Shown here: piece after piece, positions 52,246-63,704 of the stretch
How positions within the stretch are numbered: the first letter of the stretch is position 1
Layout: each line of letters begins with the position of its first letter
From: Epithemia pelagica
Lineage: Eukaryota; Protista; Bacillariophyta
DNA: 64,000 nucleotides
Direction: 5' to 3'
Assembly (NCBI GenBank): GCA_946965045.2
Contig: OX337233.1
Coordinates: forward strand, 2,790,001 to 2,854,000
Made by a program: the position numbers and the translations under genes
Notes under the pieces: model-generated
Databases searched by the model: none
What the model was told of the DNA's origin: nothing
The model's input: only the letters and a program-made list of their open reading frames with translations

Positions 52246-53866
52246 TCATTGTCTGTATTGGAAATGCATCTTATATCGTTGCAGAACTGCATTTTGTACT
52301 GCACGATTATCACTGGATGCATTGGGATGGAAAAACAAATCTTGAATCCACAACGAACCTCGATGAGCTATTTCCTGCGCTTCTTGGTCGTGATCCAAAA
52401 TCCATTGAACTTGTTCCTCCACATTGGAAAGATTAGCATAAAGAGGCAAGTAATGAACATAGGGCTCCAACATTTCATCCATGATCCACGACGTAAACGA
52501 GGGAGGCGTCGACAGTATGACACTTCTTGACAAGAGGCCCCACCAAAAGCCAGAGGCAATGTCTGTTGTCCATCAGTGAGTTTGTTTGGAGCCGATGGAT
52601 GACGCACAAGAGTGAAATGAGTTACAAGAAATCAAAAAGAGGTGGGACAAAGCGTTTTGGATTCGTACCGTTGCCTGGTAAGAAGATGATAGCTTTGTGT
52701 TGCAAAAGCTCCTTCACAGAAAGGCCCTGACCCGCCACATTCACCCCATTGAATGTAGTGTTTCGCAAGCGACCAACTTGTCCTTTGCTTCCTGGGGTAA
52801 GTTTGGCATTGACCAGGGACGAGTTCCCGTAGAGCATGGCCAGACGACATCGCGACAAGCGCCGACAATTAATGGCATCGTCCACGTTCCGCAACATTTT
52901 TTCATTACTTGTCAGTGTCCCCCGGAAAACGGCCATGTCCTTCTTGTCCCTCCAATAATAGTCATTGTACGTCACCTTTTGGAGATTCCCCATGTATCGA
53001 GCCGAGTTCAAATTCCACACTATAGGAGATAAGGTAGTGTTGCGAATGCTATTGGAACAAACCTTCTTTTGTCGGTGCTGCAATTGGATAGCTTCCAGTG
53101 ACCTGGATCTCCGACAGTGATGAAAGGATGGCACAGTGTAGCTTCGGGAACCATCGGAAATACGCAACAAAATGGGAGGTGGTGGTGGTGGTTTTTCTCC
53201 TTGTGATGGAGGACGCTGCGCGGCGTCGTCCCACAAAAGCGACAGTGGCACAGACATGGAAATATCGTTACACTCCTTCAAGTAGCGCTTCTTTGCATTT
53301 TGAAAGGATTGTTCGCAGTTTTCATAGACACTGCGTTTTGCAAAAAAGAGGTCATTGCCCTCGGCATTGGTGGTGACTCGCAACTGAGAGAGACTGGTGG
53401 TATTGTTGGTTCTCCAAGGTTGCGAAAGCAGAACTGTTTGATCCGTGTGATTGTATTCATACAAAATGCCACCACTTGAGAAACTGCTGTCTTTTCCGTC
53501 CTTGTCGTGATGGTTGTCGTTGTCCTTGCTGTCGCAGGGTGTCAAATACCAATCACCCATGTAGACACGAACACGATCCTCTATCGAAGGAAACCGTTGC
53601 CCTCGTCCTGCTGCAAGGCTTGGCAGGAAATTTCTCGGACGAGGTGTGGAAGAATCTTCCAACCCAAATGGTCCCAATGCCCATAGCGACTCCATCAACG
53701 ACTGCGACGTAGCATCACTAGCAGGAACCAAACGAATCGATTCCAACCACAGCCGACAAACATAAAATCCACAGGCCACGACGACTACAGACACCAATAA
53801 GCACCGTGCAGTGTTACGTACATTCCTCCTAACACCCGTACGAGGAAGAGGTTTCCGCCGTTCCAT
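52246..53866 (-). CDS. Glycosyltransferase family 90 (CAP10-like), copy 1; exons 53866-52669 and 52562-52246
   Basis: N-terminal TM, AVFRGT, KAIIFLPGN|DIASGFWW restored by the 106-bp intron, then LEPYVHYLPL and WILDHDQEAQEIAHRG. Confidence 0.9.
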
Positions 53867-54054
53867 CGATGGTTTTTGTTCGTCTGAGTTCAGTATGAAC
53901 GGGACGGTCCGGTATGGCTTTGGGGTCTGGAATGCGTAAAACGCGATTCTTCCGGATACTTATGTGCGATTGCAATGTGCACAAACCACGTCACCGGACC
54001 ATTTTTGGCTTGGCTATCGATCGACCTTTCCATTTTAGATTTAGCCTGATCACC

Positions 54055-54219
54055 ATGGTGATTCGGTCCAACTTGTTTCTAATCTTTTCTTTTCTGAGTT
54101 ACGTGTGCTCCCTCAATGTCGATCCTTCCGTGGCGCGTAGAGACGCCGTAAAGAGCATCGCCCAAATGGTTGAGTTCAGTATTCAGGAGCCAGTGGGTAG
54201 TAGGAGTAGCTTTCTCTAA
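54055..54219 (+). pseudogene. 5' fragment of a gene for a lumen-targeted protein
   Basis: MVIRSNLFLIFSFLSYVCSLNVDPSVARRDAVKSIAQ is a signal peptide plus RRDAV motif, ending after 54 codons. Confidence 0.4.
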
Positions 54220-54309
54220 TACATGATGACTAGCGGCTAGGCCTGAAATGAACATGAAACTCTTATCACTAAGCAGACACTCCGCTGCATTTGTCTGCTT
54301 TCAACGATT

Positions 54310-57300
54310 TTAAAGTAGGAGTAAGAGACCTTCATTCACAAACCCTTGTTGTTGTTCACCAACCGACAATGAGGATGGAACAGCAACTGGAATGGAGACG
54401 GTCAGTCTTTTGACGATCATGATGAGAATGGTTTGCTGATGTTGATGGTACTTATGGCCACATGCGTTCAAGAGAGGGAGAATTCGCATCTTATTCTGTC
54501 TGGTTGACCGTAGTTGATTGTTGCTTTCCTTCTCCATTTTGCTTTCGTTCATATTACTTTCATTCTGCCTGCAGTAGCGAGCCTTCCAGACCCTTTGATC
54601 TTTGATACATAGCCAGAGGTCGACTAAATCCTATCCCACGTCTTTTCTCCACCTGGTGGAGCAATTTGACGGCGAATGCGAATCAAATCCAACGGTTCCG
54701 TTACCACCTGTGACCCAGCCTCGGCCAAGCCTGCTGCAGGAAATGTATGCAAAAATGGATATTGTGCTGCTGCTGTGGGAGGATCGTCGGTCGAGGTTAT
54801 CGTGGTGGAGGATCCAGCTGCCTGCAAGCCATGCTGGTTTCCATGTGCGCTGCTCGCTTTCGCAGTAGGAAGTCTAGATGAGTAGCTTATTTGTGCTTCG
54901 TCGTACTCGTAGAGTCATTTGTCGTGATCTTGTTGCTCCTCCTTGTCGTTGGTCGTTGTGGTTGTCGCTGCTCGTCAAAGAGGTTGATTGCTGCATTGGT
55001 TGGTCCATGGGTCTGTCCGTTGGTCGTTGTGGTTGTCGCTGCTCGTCAAAGAGGTCGATTGCTGCGTTGATTAGTCCATGGGTCTGTCGTTCCTCGATCC
55101 TCATCTCTTGTTGTCGGCGTTTGATTGTTGCGTTTGGGTTGCGTTGGGTGTTGTTCAGGTTCGGCCGAAACTAGGAGTGGATTGTTGCTTTAGGTGCTGT
55201 TGTTGCTGGTTCGCGGCTCGTTTGGATAGCTTGCGTCTAGTTGTCAATTGTTGAGTGTGTTGTTGTTGTTTTTTGTTTTGTACGGCCGAAGCGAGAAATG
55301 GATTGTTGAGTTTTTTTTGTTGTTGTTGTTGCCGCTTGTTTCCAATTTGCCTCGTTTGGTTCCGTGGAGATGATTGTTGCATTCGCAGGTTGGGCACAGC
55401 CTTAGGCGCAGCCATTTTCGTCCATTCGTAGTCGTTGTCGCCGCTCGTCAATATCGACGCTGATTGACTCAACGTTTGTCACAAGGCTGAAGGAGTTCGA
55501 CTGCCGCCACAGCTCCACGGCATCCACTCCTTCTTTCAATCGAACCACCAGCAGCAGCACCACCACCACCACCACCATTGTCCGCGGCAACACAGAAGAA
55601 GTGTCATCGTCTTCTCACGGACACTTCCTTGTTTGCGGTCAAGATTCTCGCAATGTTGATGCTTCAAAACCACCCGTCTGATTGCCGTGTTTCCATTTCC
55701 GGGTCAACAAACTATCTCGAGCACGGAGACGTGGGCCGGATCATTCGATAAAAGAGACGCTCGGGAAAGATCCGATTGAAAGACACCTCCTTGGCTTCTC
55801 AACGCAAAGTTGAAGAAACCGTGACATCCGATGCAGATGTATCCAGTCCGCAATTTCTTCTGGTTTCTTGTTGTTGATAGTGGCTAGTGATCGGATGTGT
55901 TGGCGATTCTTCTTTCAATTTCAATGCTACAAAGTCGACAATCGGACGTTTCTGGACGGGCGACAATGTCGAATCAATGTCTGGCGCGTCCCGTGTTGTG
56001 AGATTGTCCAGTGGACGGACTATGGTTGTCTGCTGGAACAGTGCAAGTCGGACGAGGCTGGACAATGCCTTTGAATGGGACAGAATGGCCAATCGAAGGG
56101 ATCTTGCCCGCTCGGCAGCAATGGGCGATAATGCTGAGAACATTCCAAGGAGAGAAAACGCCTCAACACTTCCGCGACGAGTTGCAACGACAAGTCGTTT
56201 CGATTCGGTACTCAACCTGGTGTCGTTTCAAAAGACAGGGGAAGCAGAGCATCCTCCGGCGTATTGGTGAGAAGGGATGGTTCATGTTGCTGTCGTTGGT
56301 GAAGGAGCGTTCCAGGCAATATTCTCCGGTTGCGTTCCAGACTCAAGAGCCAGGCCAATTCTAGGATGAATCCCCATTGGATATTTTCCCAGAATCCCTC
56401 ACACAAAAAGGTTACTTCGTCCGTCAAGAGTTGCAGTTGATCATCGCCTTGCAAACTGTAGACATTGACTCCCACGCCATGCGTATTGTCGTGTGATTGG
56501 CGAATTGCATCCACAGACGGTTTGGCGGGGTTGGTAGTGAAGGTTGGTTTGCGCGGCTGCTGGGTCGAGAGGAGCTTTCTTCTTTTGTACCAGAGGAATT
56601 CCCTACTCTGTTTTTGCGTTGCCCCACCGACAATACTGTTGATGAAGATAATAACAAGACTGTGGACGATTGCGAGGATCCTTGGGACGAGGCAACCACT
56701 GTGGTTGTCTTGTGGCGGGACGGGGATGGCAATCGTTGTGGAACCAGTGTGCCTCGCGACGACGGACGACCAAAGACGGATTCATCCTCATTGTCATCCG
56801 TTTCATCAAAGCCCAATCCATCTCGAACCGTCAGCATCTAAACTTGCTGCTGCTTTGAGTGTGGTTGTGTTGTTTTTCTTGTTCTTGTTTTCTGGTTTCT
56901 TTTAAGAGTGGTTCCAGACAACTGGTCGTGGTTCGTTGGGAAGATTGACGAGATTTCTTGGACGGGTTCTGCTTGGCCACTCGTTTCGTGTCCTTCTCGT
57001 CGTTGTCGTCTTGGTGAATTAAGGTGGTACTACTAGTCGTCCTCCTAGTTTGGTTCCTTATTCGAGGGACTAGCACAGTTGGAGTTTCCTCATTCTGGTT
57101 GCTCTATAAGCACTACCCGAAGTTGGGGGGAGATTCCGTTCGAGTGGATCGGTTGTGGAGGATTGTGGTTTGTTGTGCTTCCATCCATCCCCGAGGACAA
57201 ACACCTCTTGCTTGGATTCGGCGTCGTGCTGGTGGTGGTGATGGTGACAGGGTTGTTTGCCGGTGGCGGGGGCTGCTCATTTGGTGTGGGAGGTTGGAGT

Positions 57301-58140
57301 AGTGGACTCGCTTTCGTCGTCCTCTTCCCTGGATCGTTTTCCTACCATGTCCAGTTTCCCTTTGGTACTACTACTCTTTTCCCTTGTTTGCTATTGCGGC
57401 GGACGACTGTTCCTCACATGGTGTATCAATTGGGAAGCACTCGGCGATTTTGGAGAGTCGAGAAATCTTCGGACTTCGGGAGCTCGTAACGTCATCCAAC
57501 GTCAAGATAAGGGCTGGGTAAGCCGATCCATGTTCGGCTAAGTAGGTTCAGTACAAAAGCTACGTTGCGTACATAAAATCCCATAGTACACGTATTACCT
57601 GAAATGGTGGGAAGTCCGAAAAAATGCAAAAACACTCCACGATGACGGCGAGATCCGTTGATGCCGCATGCATTTACCGATGCATCGCATCAACATCCTA
57701 CTACTGTAAGTTGTTTGAGTTTGCTAGTATTACTGTGTTCTGCAGCTACAGAAGATTTGTCGCGTTGGATCAAAAGGTATACTGGTGATGAAATCGAACG
57801 ACTGTCCTAACTCACTCATTTTTCAATGCTGACTTGACCGAATTGAAAGCATAGTCACTCTAGTAGTAAATAATCTTATTGTCAAAGCGGTCGAGTCAAG
57901 CTCTATTATTGAGGAAGTTATGGCCATGGGGGTGACGGCTTCCACCATTGTCGAGTGATGGTTTCCGGATTGCATTGTTTCTCGTGGCAGCAAGTTTTCG
58001 ATTTGTGACCATTCGCCCCACTTGTTACAGTGATGAAAATAGTACTACGTAGCTTAATGTACTGAGCCTACTTAGCCGAACATGGATCGGCTTACCCAGC
58101 CCTTACAGGCATTGACAAAAGAATTGTTTGTAGTGGTCAT
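54310..58140 (-). pseudogene. Large decayed Gln/Ser-rich gene interrupted near its 5' end by MITE A
   Basis: Removing the MITE and one TA gives MTTTNNSFVNAC|ILTLDDVTSS. Downstream are many protein-like pieces separated by TAG/TGA stops and frameshifts. The 3' limit is approximate. Confidence 0.55.
57510..58103. mobile_element. 594-bp MITE (copy A), TA target duplication, AGGG...CCCT termini
   Basis: 37-bp perfect TIR AGGGCTGGGTAAGCCGATCCATGTTCGGCTAAGTAGG. TA at 57508-57509 and 58104-58105. Confidence 0.93.
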
Positions 58141-58418
58141 AGATCGATGGTTGGGAGTCTTACATTAATAAAATGGATACATCCAGGGTGAGCCCCTACT
58201 TGCAAATTACGCGGTTGAAGGCGCAGGTGCAAATCATACTATGACTTACCATTAAAATATTTATCGCTTGATAAATTTAACCGTTTTAGTAACCGTCATT
58301 TCTATCCCATTGTACTTCTTAGTCCATTGTTCGTGCGATATTGGTACAGCTGGTCATTGTGGAATTTCCAACCACAGACCAAGACTACTGAACTCAGACG
58401 AAGAAACGGGACATGGTA

Positions 58419-59023
58419 AGGGCTGGGTAAGCCGATCCATGTTCGGCTAAGTAGGCTCAGTACATTTAGCTACGTAGTACTATTTTCATCACTGTAATAT
58501 GTGGGGCGAATGGTCACAAATTGAAAACTTGCTGCCACGAGAAACAATGCAATCCGGAAACCATCACTCGACAATGGTCGAAGAAATCACCCCCATGGCA
58601 ATAACTTCATGGATAATTGAGCCTAACTGAATCACTTTTAGAATAATACTCTTGAATACTAGAGCAACTATGGTTTCAATTTGATTCAGTCACCGTTGAG
58701 AAATGAATGAGTTAGGAAGGTTTTTGGATTACATCACCACAGAAAAATGAGTATACCTTTTGATCCAACGCGACAAATCTTCTGTAGCTGCAGAACACAG
58801 TAATACTAGCAAACTCAAACAACTTACAGTAGTAGGATGTTGATGCGATGCATCGGTAAATGCATGCGGCATCAACGGATCTCGCCGTCATCGTGGAGTG
58901 TTTTTGCATTTTTTCGGACTTCCCACCATTTCAGGTAATACGTGTACTATGGGATTTTATGTACGCAACGTAGCTTTTGTACTGAACCTACTTAGCCGAA
59001 CATGGATCGGCTTACCCAGCCCT
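58419..59023. mobile_element. 605-bp MITE (copy B), same family, inverted relative to copy A
   Basis: Same TIR. TA at 58417-58418 and 59024-59025. The empty site is visible in the paralogous region near 51955-51970. Confidence 0.93.
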
Positions 59024-59295
59024 TAGCCTATGGCCTGCAAGGACTCCTCTAGGAGTACGGTGATGCTCTTTGCTTCTTACGGTGAACCAGATTTGGAGTA
59101 GGAAGAATGGACCTGTAACATAAAAAAAGTTTGTGAAGCTGCAATGACGATTGCCAATAGCGTGATGTTTGCATGTCGCAAGAAATGGTTGCTTTCGCTG
59201 TCTCCGTAAGCAGATATCATTCTTGCTTTATAGTTCATGCAGAGGGGTACATGGGAAGGATTCCCATCCCACGAGAACAAAATCATTCCATGGCT

Positions 59296-60925
59296 TCATT
59301 GTCTGTGTTGGAAATGCATCTTATATCGTTGCAGAACTGCATTTTGTACTGCACGATTGTCTTTGGATGCATTGGGATGGAAAAACAAATCTTGAATCCA
59401 CAGCGAACCTCGATGAGCTATTTGCTGCGCTTCTTGGTCGTTATCCAAAATCCATTGAACTTGTTCCTCCACATTGGAAAGATTAGCATAAAGAGGCAAG
59501 TAATGAACATAGGGCTCCAACATTTCATCCATGATCCAGGAGGTAAACGAGAAAGGCGTCGACAGTATGACACTTCTTGACAAGAGGCCCCACCAAAAGC
59601 CAGAGGCAATGTCTGTCGTCCATCAGTGAGTTTGTTTGGAGGCGTTGGATGACAAACAAGAGTGAAATGAGTTAAAAGAAATCAAAGAGAGGTGGGACAA
59701 AGCATTTTGGATTCGTACCGTTGCCTGGTAAGAAGATGATAGCTTTGTGTCGCAAAAGCTCCTTCATAGAAAGGCTCTGACCCGCCACATTCACCCCATT
59801 GAATGTCGTGTTTCGCAAGTGACCGACTTCTCCCTTGCTTCCTGGGGTAAGTTTGGCATTGACCAAGGAAGAGTTCCCGTAGAGCATGGCCAGACGACAT
59901 CGCGACAAGCGCCGACAATTAATGGCATCGTCCAGGTTCCGAAACGTCTTTTCCTTACTTGTCAGTGCCCCTCGGAAAACGGCCATGTCCTTCTTGTCCC
60001 TCCAATAATAGTCATTGTACGCCACCTTTTGGAGACTCCCCATGTATCGAGCCGAGTTCAAATTCCACACTATAGGAGACAAGGTAGTGTTGCGAATGTC
60101 ATTGGAACAAACCTTCTTTTGTCGGTGCTGCAATTGGATAGCTTCCGGTGACCTGGGTGCCCGACAGTGATGAAAGGATGGCACCTTGTAGCCTCGAGAA
60201 CCATCGGAAATGCGCAACAAAATGGGAGGTGGTGGTGGTGTTTCTCTTTGTGATGGAGGACGCTGCGCGGCGTCGTCCCACAAAAGCGACAGTGGTACGG
60301 AAATGGAAATATCGTTACACTCATTCAACAAGCGCTTCTTTGCATTTTGAAAGGATTGTTTGCAGTTTTGAAAGTCACTTCGTCTGGCAAAAAAGAGGTC
60401 CTTGCCCTCGGCATTAGTGGTGACTCGTAACTGAGAGAGACTGGTGGTATTGTTGGTTCTCCAAGGTTGCGAAAGCAGAACTGTCTGATCCGTGTAATTG
60501 TATTCATACACAATGCCACCACTTGCGAAACTGATGTCTTTTCCGTCCTTGTCGTGATGGTTGTAGTTTTCCTTGTTGTCGCAGGGTGTCAAATACCAAT
60601 CACCCATGTAGACACGAACGCGATGCTCTATCGAAGGAAACCGTTGCCCTCGTCCTGCTGCAAGGCTTGGCAGGAAATTTCTCGGACGAGGCGTGGAAGA
60701 ATCTTCCAACCCTAATGGTTCCAATCGCCATAGCGACTCCATCAACGAACCAACTTGCGACTGCGACGGAGCATCACTAGCAGGAACCAAACGAATCGAT
60801 TCCAACCACAGCCCACAAACATAAAATCCACAGGCCACGACGACAACAGACACCAAAAAGCACCGTGCAGTGTCATGTGCATTCCTCCTAACACCCATAC
60901 GAGGAAGAGGTTTCCGCCGTTTCAT
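59296..60925 (-). CDS. Glycosyltransferase family 90 (CAP10-like), copy 2; exons 60925-59719 and 59612-59296
   Basis: Close paralog of 52246-53866 with the same 106-bp intron position and an intact frame. Confidence 0.9.
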
Positions 60926-61088
60926 CGTTGGTTTTTGTCATTGCGTGGGGCTCATTTTTTGCCATCCACATCATATTTGGGGGTCATCCTGGAGAAAAAT
61001 CGATGGACCCCGTCTTGCAAAACTGAAAATGGGGCCGGGTGACATAGTTTGTGGTTCGCTTTTTCGTCGATCCATCATCTCTCCCACC

Positions 61089-62837
61089 ATGTCGTCTTCT
61101 TCGTCGAATGCCATGGCCACCGGGGAGAAGAAAAAGGAGACTCCACCAACCTCCAGTGGAGCTCCGAGTGGGGCCTCCAGTGACAGTGCGAAGGACAATA
61201 TGGGCGCCAACCCGTCTGGTATTCGTCTTTTGGATACGGCCGCATTGAACTCTTCGAGTTCCACCCAGCGACCAGTGACCGCAGCAACTAGCAGTAATAA
61301 CAAGAACAATACGACTGTGATTGGTAGTACGACCGTTTCAGGGTTGCCTCTGGATTGGACCAAACTTGGGAGTGGTGGGGAGGAAGATCATCTCGAACCC
61401 ATTTTACGGTATCCTACCGATGTGGTTTCGGAATTGGACGTGACGGATGGTGAATTTGTCTTGGTGGGAACAGCCGGGCTCAAGATTACCAATTTGGGAC
61501 CCGACTTCTCCAAGTTGCTAACCAAGGCATGTCAGGCGCAAGAGGTGCCACACCTAACCAAGTTGATTTTGCGATCGCACATGATTGCCACCATGGAAGG
61601 ATTGGAATTGTTGCATCATTTGGAATTGTTGGAATTGTACGACAATCAGGTACAGGCACTCGTATTGACGCCCAACTTTTCCGCGACATTGACTGTATTG
61701 GATATGAGTTACAATTCGATTCGAGACATGTCAGCAGTTCAAGTCTGTCCCCATTTGAAAGAACTCTGTACGTATCATGTGGAGTTGGTTGGTTGTGGAG
61801 TTTGGTTGAATTTACTGCTCGATATGTATATTGAACATGAATCATTGCTGTGTCTTACGTTGCTCATTTCTTGTCGTTTGTTTGCCGGAACTGTGTCACT
61901 CTTTTTTACCTTTGTAGACTTGGCCAACAACAAGCTCAAAGCCATTGAAGGGCTGCGAGGGTTGAAGGAATTGCGAAAACTTGATTTGGGTGCCAATCGT
62001 ATTCGCATCATGCCACCAGACGAACTTGCTGGCTTGGAACAATTGGAAGAGTTGTGGTTAGGGAAGAATAAGATTGAACGCATCCAGGGATTAACCACCT
62101 TGTCCAAACTTCGACGATTGGATTTGCAGAGCAATCGCATAGGAAATATCGTGAATGAACCGCGTGAAGGTGTCGCTCAAGGAGAAGAACAGTTTGCAAC
62201 TATTTCAGCTACATTGGAAGAGTTGTTTTTGGCACACAATGGTATTTCGCAGTTGGGATCGTGGTTGTTGGGAAATTCTGCGAGCAACAGGACGTTTCCG
62301 GAATTGATTGTACTCGACATGTCACGAAATCAACTAGCTGACGTGAATGCATTGGGATCGTCTACCATGTTTCCCGTATTGGAAGAATTATGGTTGGCAG
62401 GAAATCAAGTTGCAGAATGGTCGGCTGCGGACCAATTGTCCAATCTTTCCACCGTGGAAACGTTGTATTTGGAATACAATCCTATTCAAACCAATGATCC
62501 CTTGTATCGAAAATCCTTGGCGGAACGGATACCACAATTGAAACAAATTGATGCTACAATGATATCTGCCACGGCCTCCAATGCACTCGTTGGAACCAGT
62601 GGATTAGTGACAGGGGCAAGAACCAGTGGATTAGTGACAGGGGCAAGTTCGGCCCAGCAGCCTCCATCGGCTTTGGCCATGACTGCGAACCTAGTGGAAT
62701 CGGATCAGGACCGGATGCGAAGGTTTCAAGAAATGGCCCTGCAGCGTGCGGCACAGGAAACACGACAACTACAACAATCGTCTGCGGCTCAGCAAAATCA
62801 AAACGGCAATGACGACGACAGCGATGACAGTGGTTAG
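61089..62837 (+). CDS. SDS22: Sds22 / PP1 regulatory subunit 7-like LRR protein; exons 61089-61767 and 61918-62837
   Basis: Sds22-type LRRs (LELLELYDNQV, LRKLDLGANRI, LEELWLGKNKI) and LRR cap YLEYNPIQ...YRKSL. Splicing the GTACGT...TAG intron gives ELYLANNK. Confidence 0.88.
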   Translation: MSSSSSNAMATGEKKKETPPTSSGAPSGASSDSAKDNMGANPSGIRLLDTAALNSSSSTQRPVTAATSSNNKNNTTVIGSTTVSGLPLDWTKLGSGGEEDHLEPILRYPTDVVSELDVTDGEFVLVGTAGLKITNLGPDFSKLLTKACQAQEVPHLTKLILRSHMIATMEGLELLHHLELLELYDNQVQALVLTPNFSATLTVLDMSYNSIRDMSAVQVCPHLKELCTYHVELVGCGVWLNLLLDMYIEHESLLCLTLLISCRLFAGTVSLFFTFVDLANNKLKAIEGLRGLKELRKLDLGANRIRIMPPDELAGLEQLEELWLGKNKIERIQGLTTLSKLRRLDLQSNRIGNIVNEPREGVAQGEEQFATISATLEELFLAHNGISQLGSWLLGNSASNRTFPELIVLDMSRNQLADVNALGSSTMFPVLEELWLAGNQVAEWSAADQLSNLSTVETLYLEYNPIQTNDPLYRKSLAERIPQLKQIDATMISATASNALVGTSGLVTGARTSGLVTGASSAQQPPSALAMTANLVESDQDRMRRFQEMALQRAAQETRQLQQSSAAQQNQNGNDDDSDDSG

Positions 62838-63704
62838 GCCTCAAAAATGGCGACATGATTGCGATGAACGAACGTCCAAGCGTTTGTTCAAGTTGCATTC
62901 CATTAAAAGAATGAGGAATGACTAAGAGCAAGAAGCATCCAGTCGCAACCATGAGGAGCGCAACCACAAATACATGGAACGATGACAGTAACAGAACCAG
63001 CAGGTCCATTGTCGCTGTTTTGGATAATCCATAATACCCAGAGTATAGAGACAATAGCAATTTGCTCCCATCGCACTTAGTTGCAGTACCCGATCCAATG
63101 GCTCGTACGGTGAAACAGAGGTCCACGATCCAAATTCACCATCTCGCTCTCGTCGTCTCCATCCGATTGTCCCAATGATTGGGAAGGTGTTGATCAGGGC
63201 AGCTCTAAGTCCGTCACTCCGGCCCCGGCGGACGATACCCTTTACCGTATGGCGGTTTATCAGCAAGGTAGTGGAAAGAAGCGAATTTACTAAATATAGG
63301 AGTATATGTTAATCAGGGCAACCATAAGGGTCGATCTCAAGAATCGTTAGCAGTGATATCCTGTGTCGAGCTCACTAACTAAGAGATTGCTGATACAGTG
63401 GCAATCTGTACATTTCATGTTGCATGTCAAAGAGACTCGCCGAAAAAAAGAATCACGGTCCGTCGATACCTTTCACAGGTCCATTGACAACCAGCGTTGT
63501 CCCATGTTCTTACTGGGTGTTCCTTGGCAAAGGCATTGTTCCTTTTGCAACACTATCCGTAGCCAAACTTGCCACGCCGTGTATCCAAAAAGTCCCAATC
63601 TGTTGGATATAAGGAATCAGAGGATGGTCACAAAATACCGATATCGAAAGAGTGAATTTAGAGTTCTACCAGCGCTGGTCTACAGTTCGTTTCCTGTGGT
63701 ATCA

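Noticed and set aside
61768-61917. Transmembrane segment within the Sds22 ORF
   Set aside because: It is bounded by GTACGT and TAG, and removing it restores a canonical LRR (ELYLANNK).
62594-62648. 27-bp tandem duplication (TSGLVTGA twice) in the Sds22 tail
   Set aside because: Ordinary in-frame slippage in a low-complexity region.
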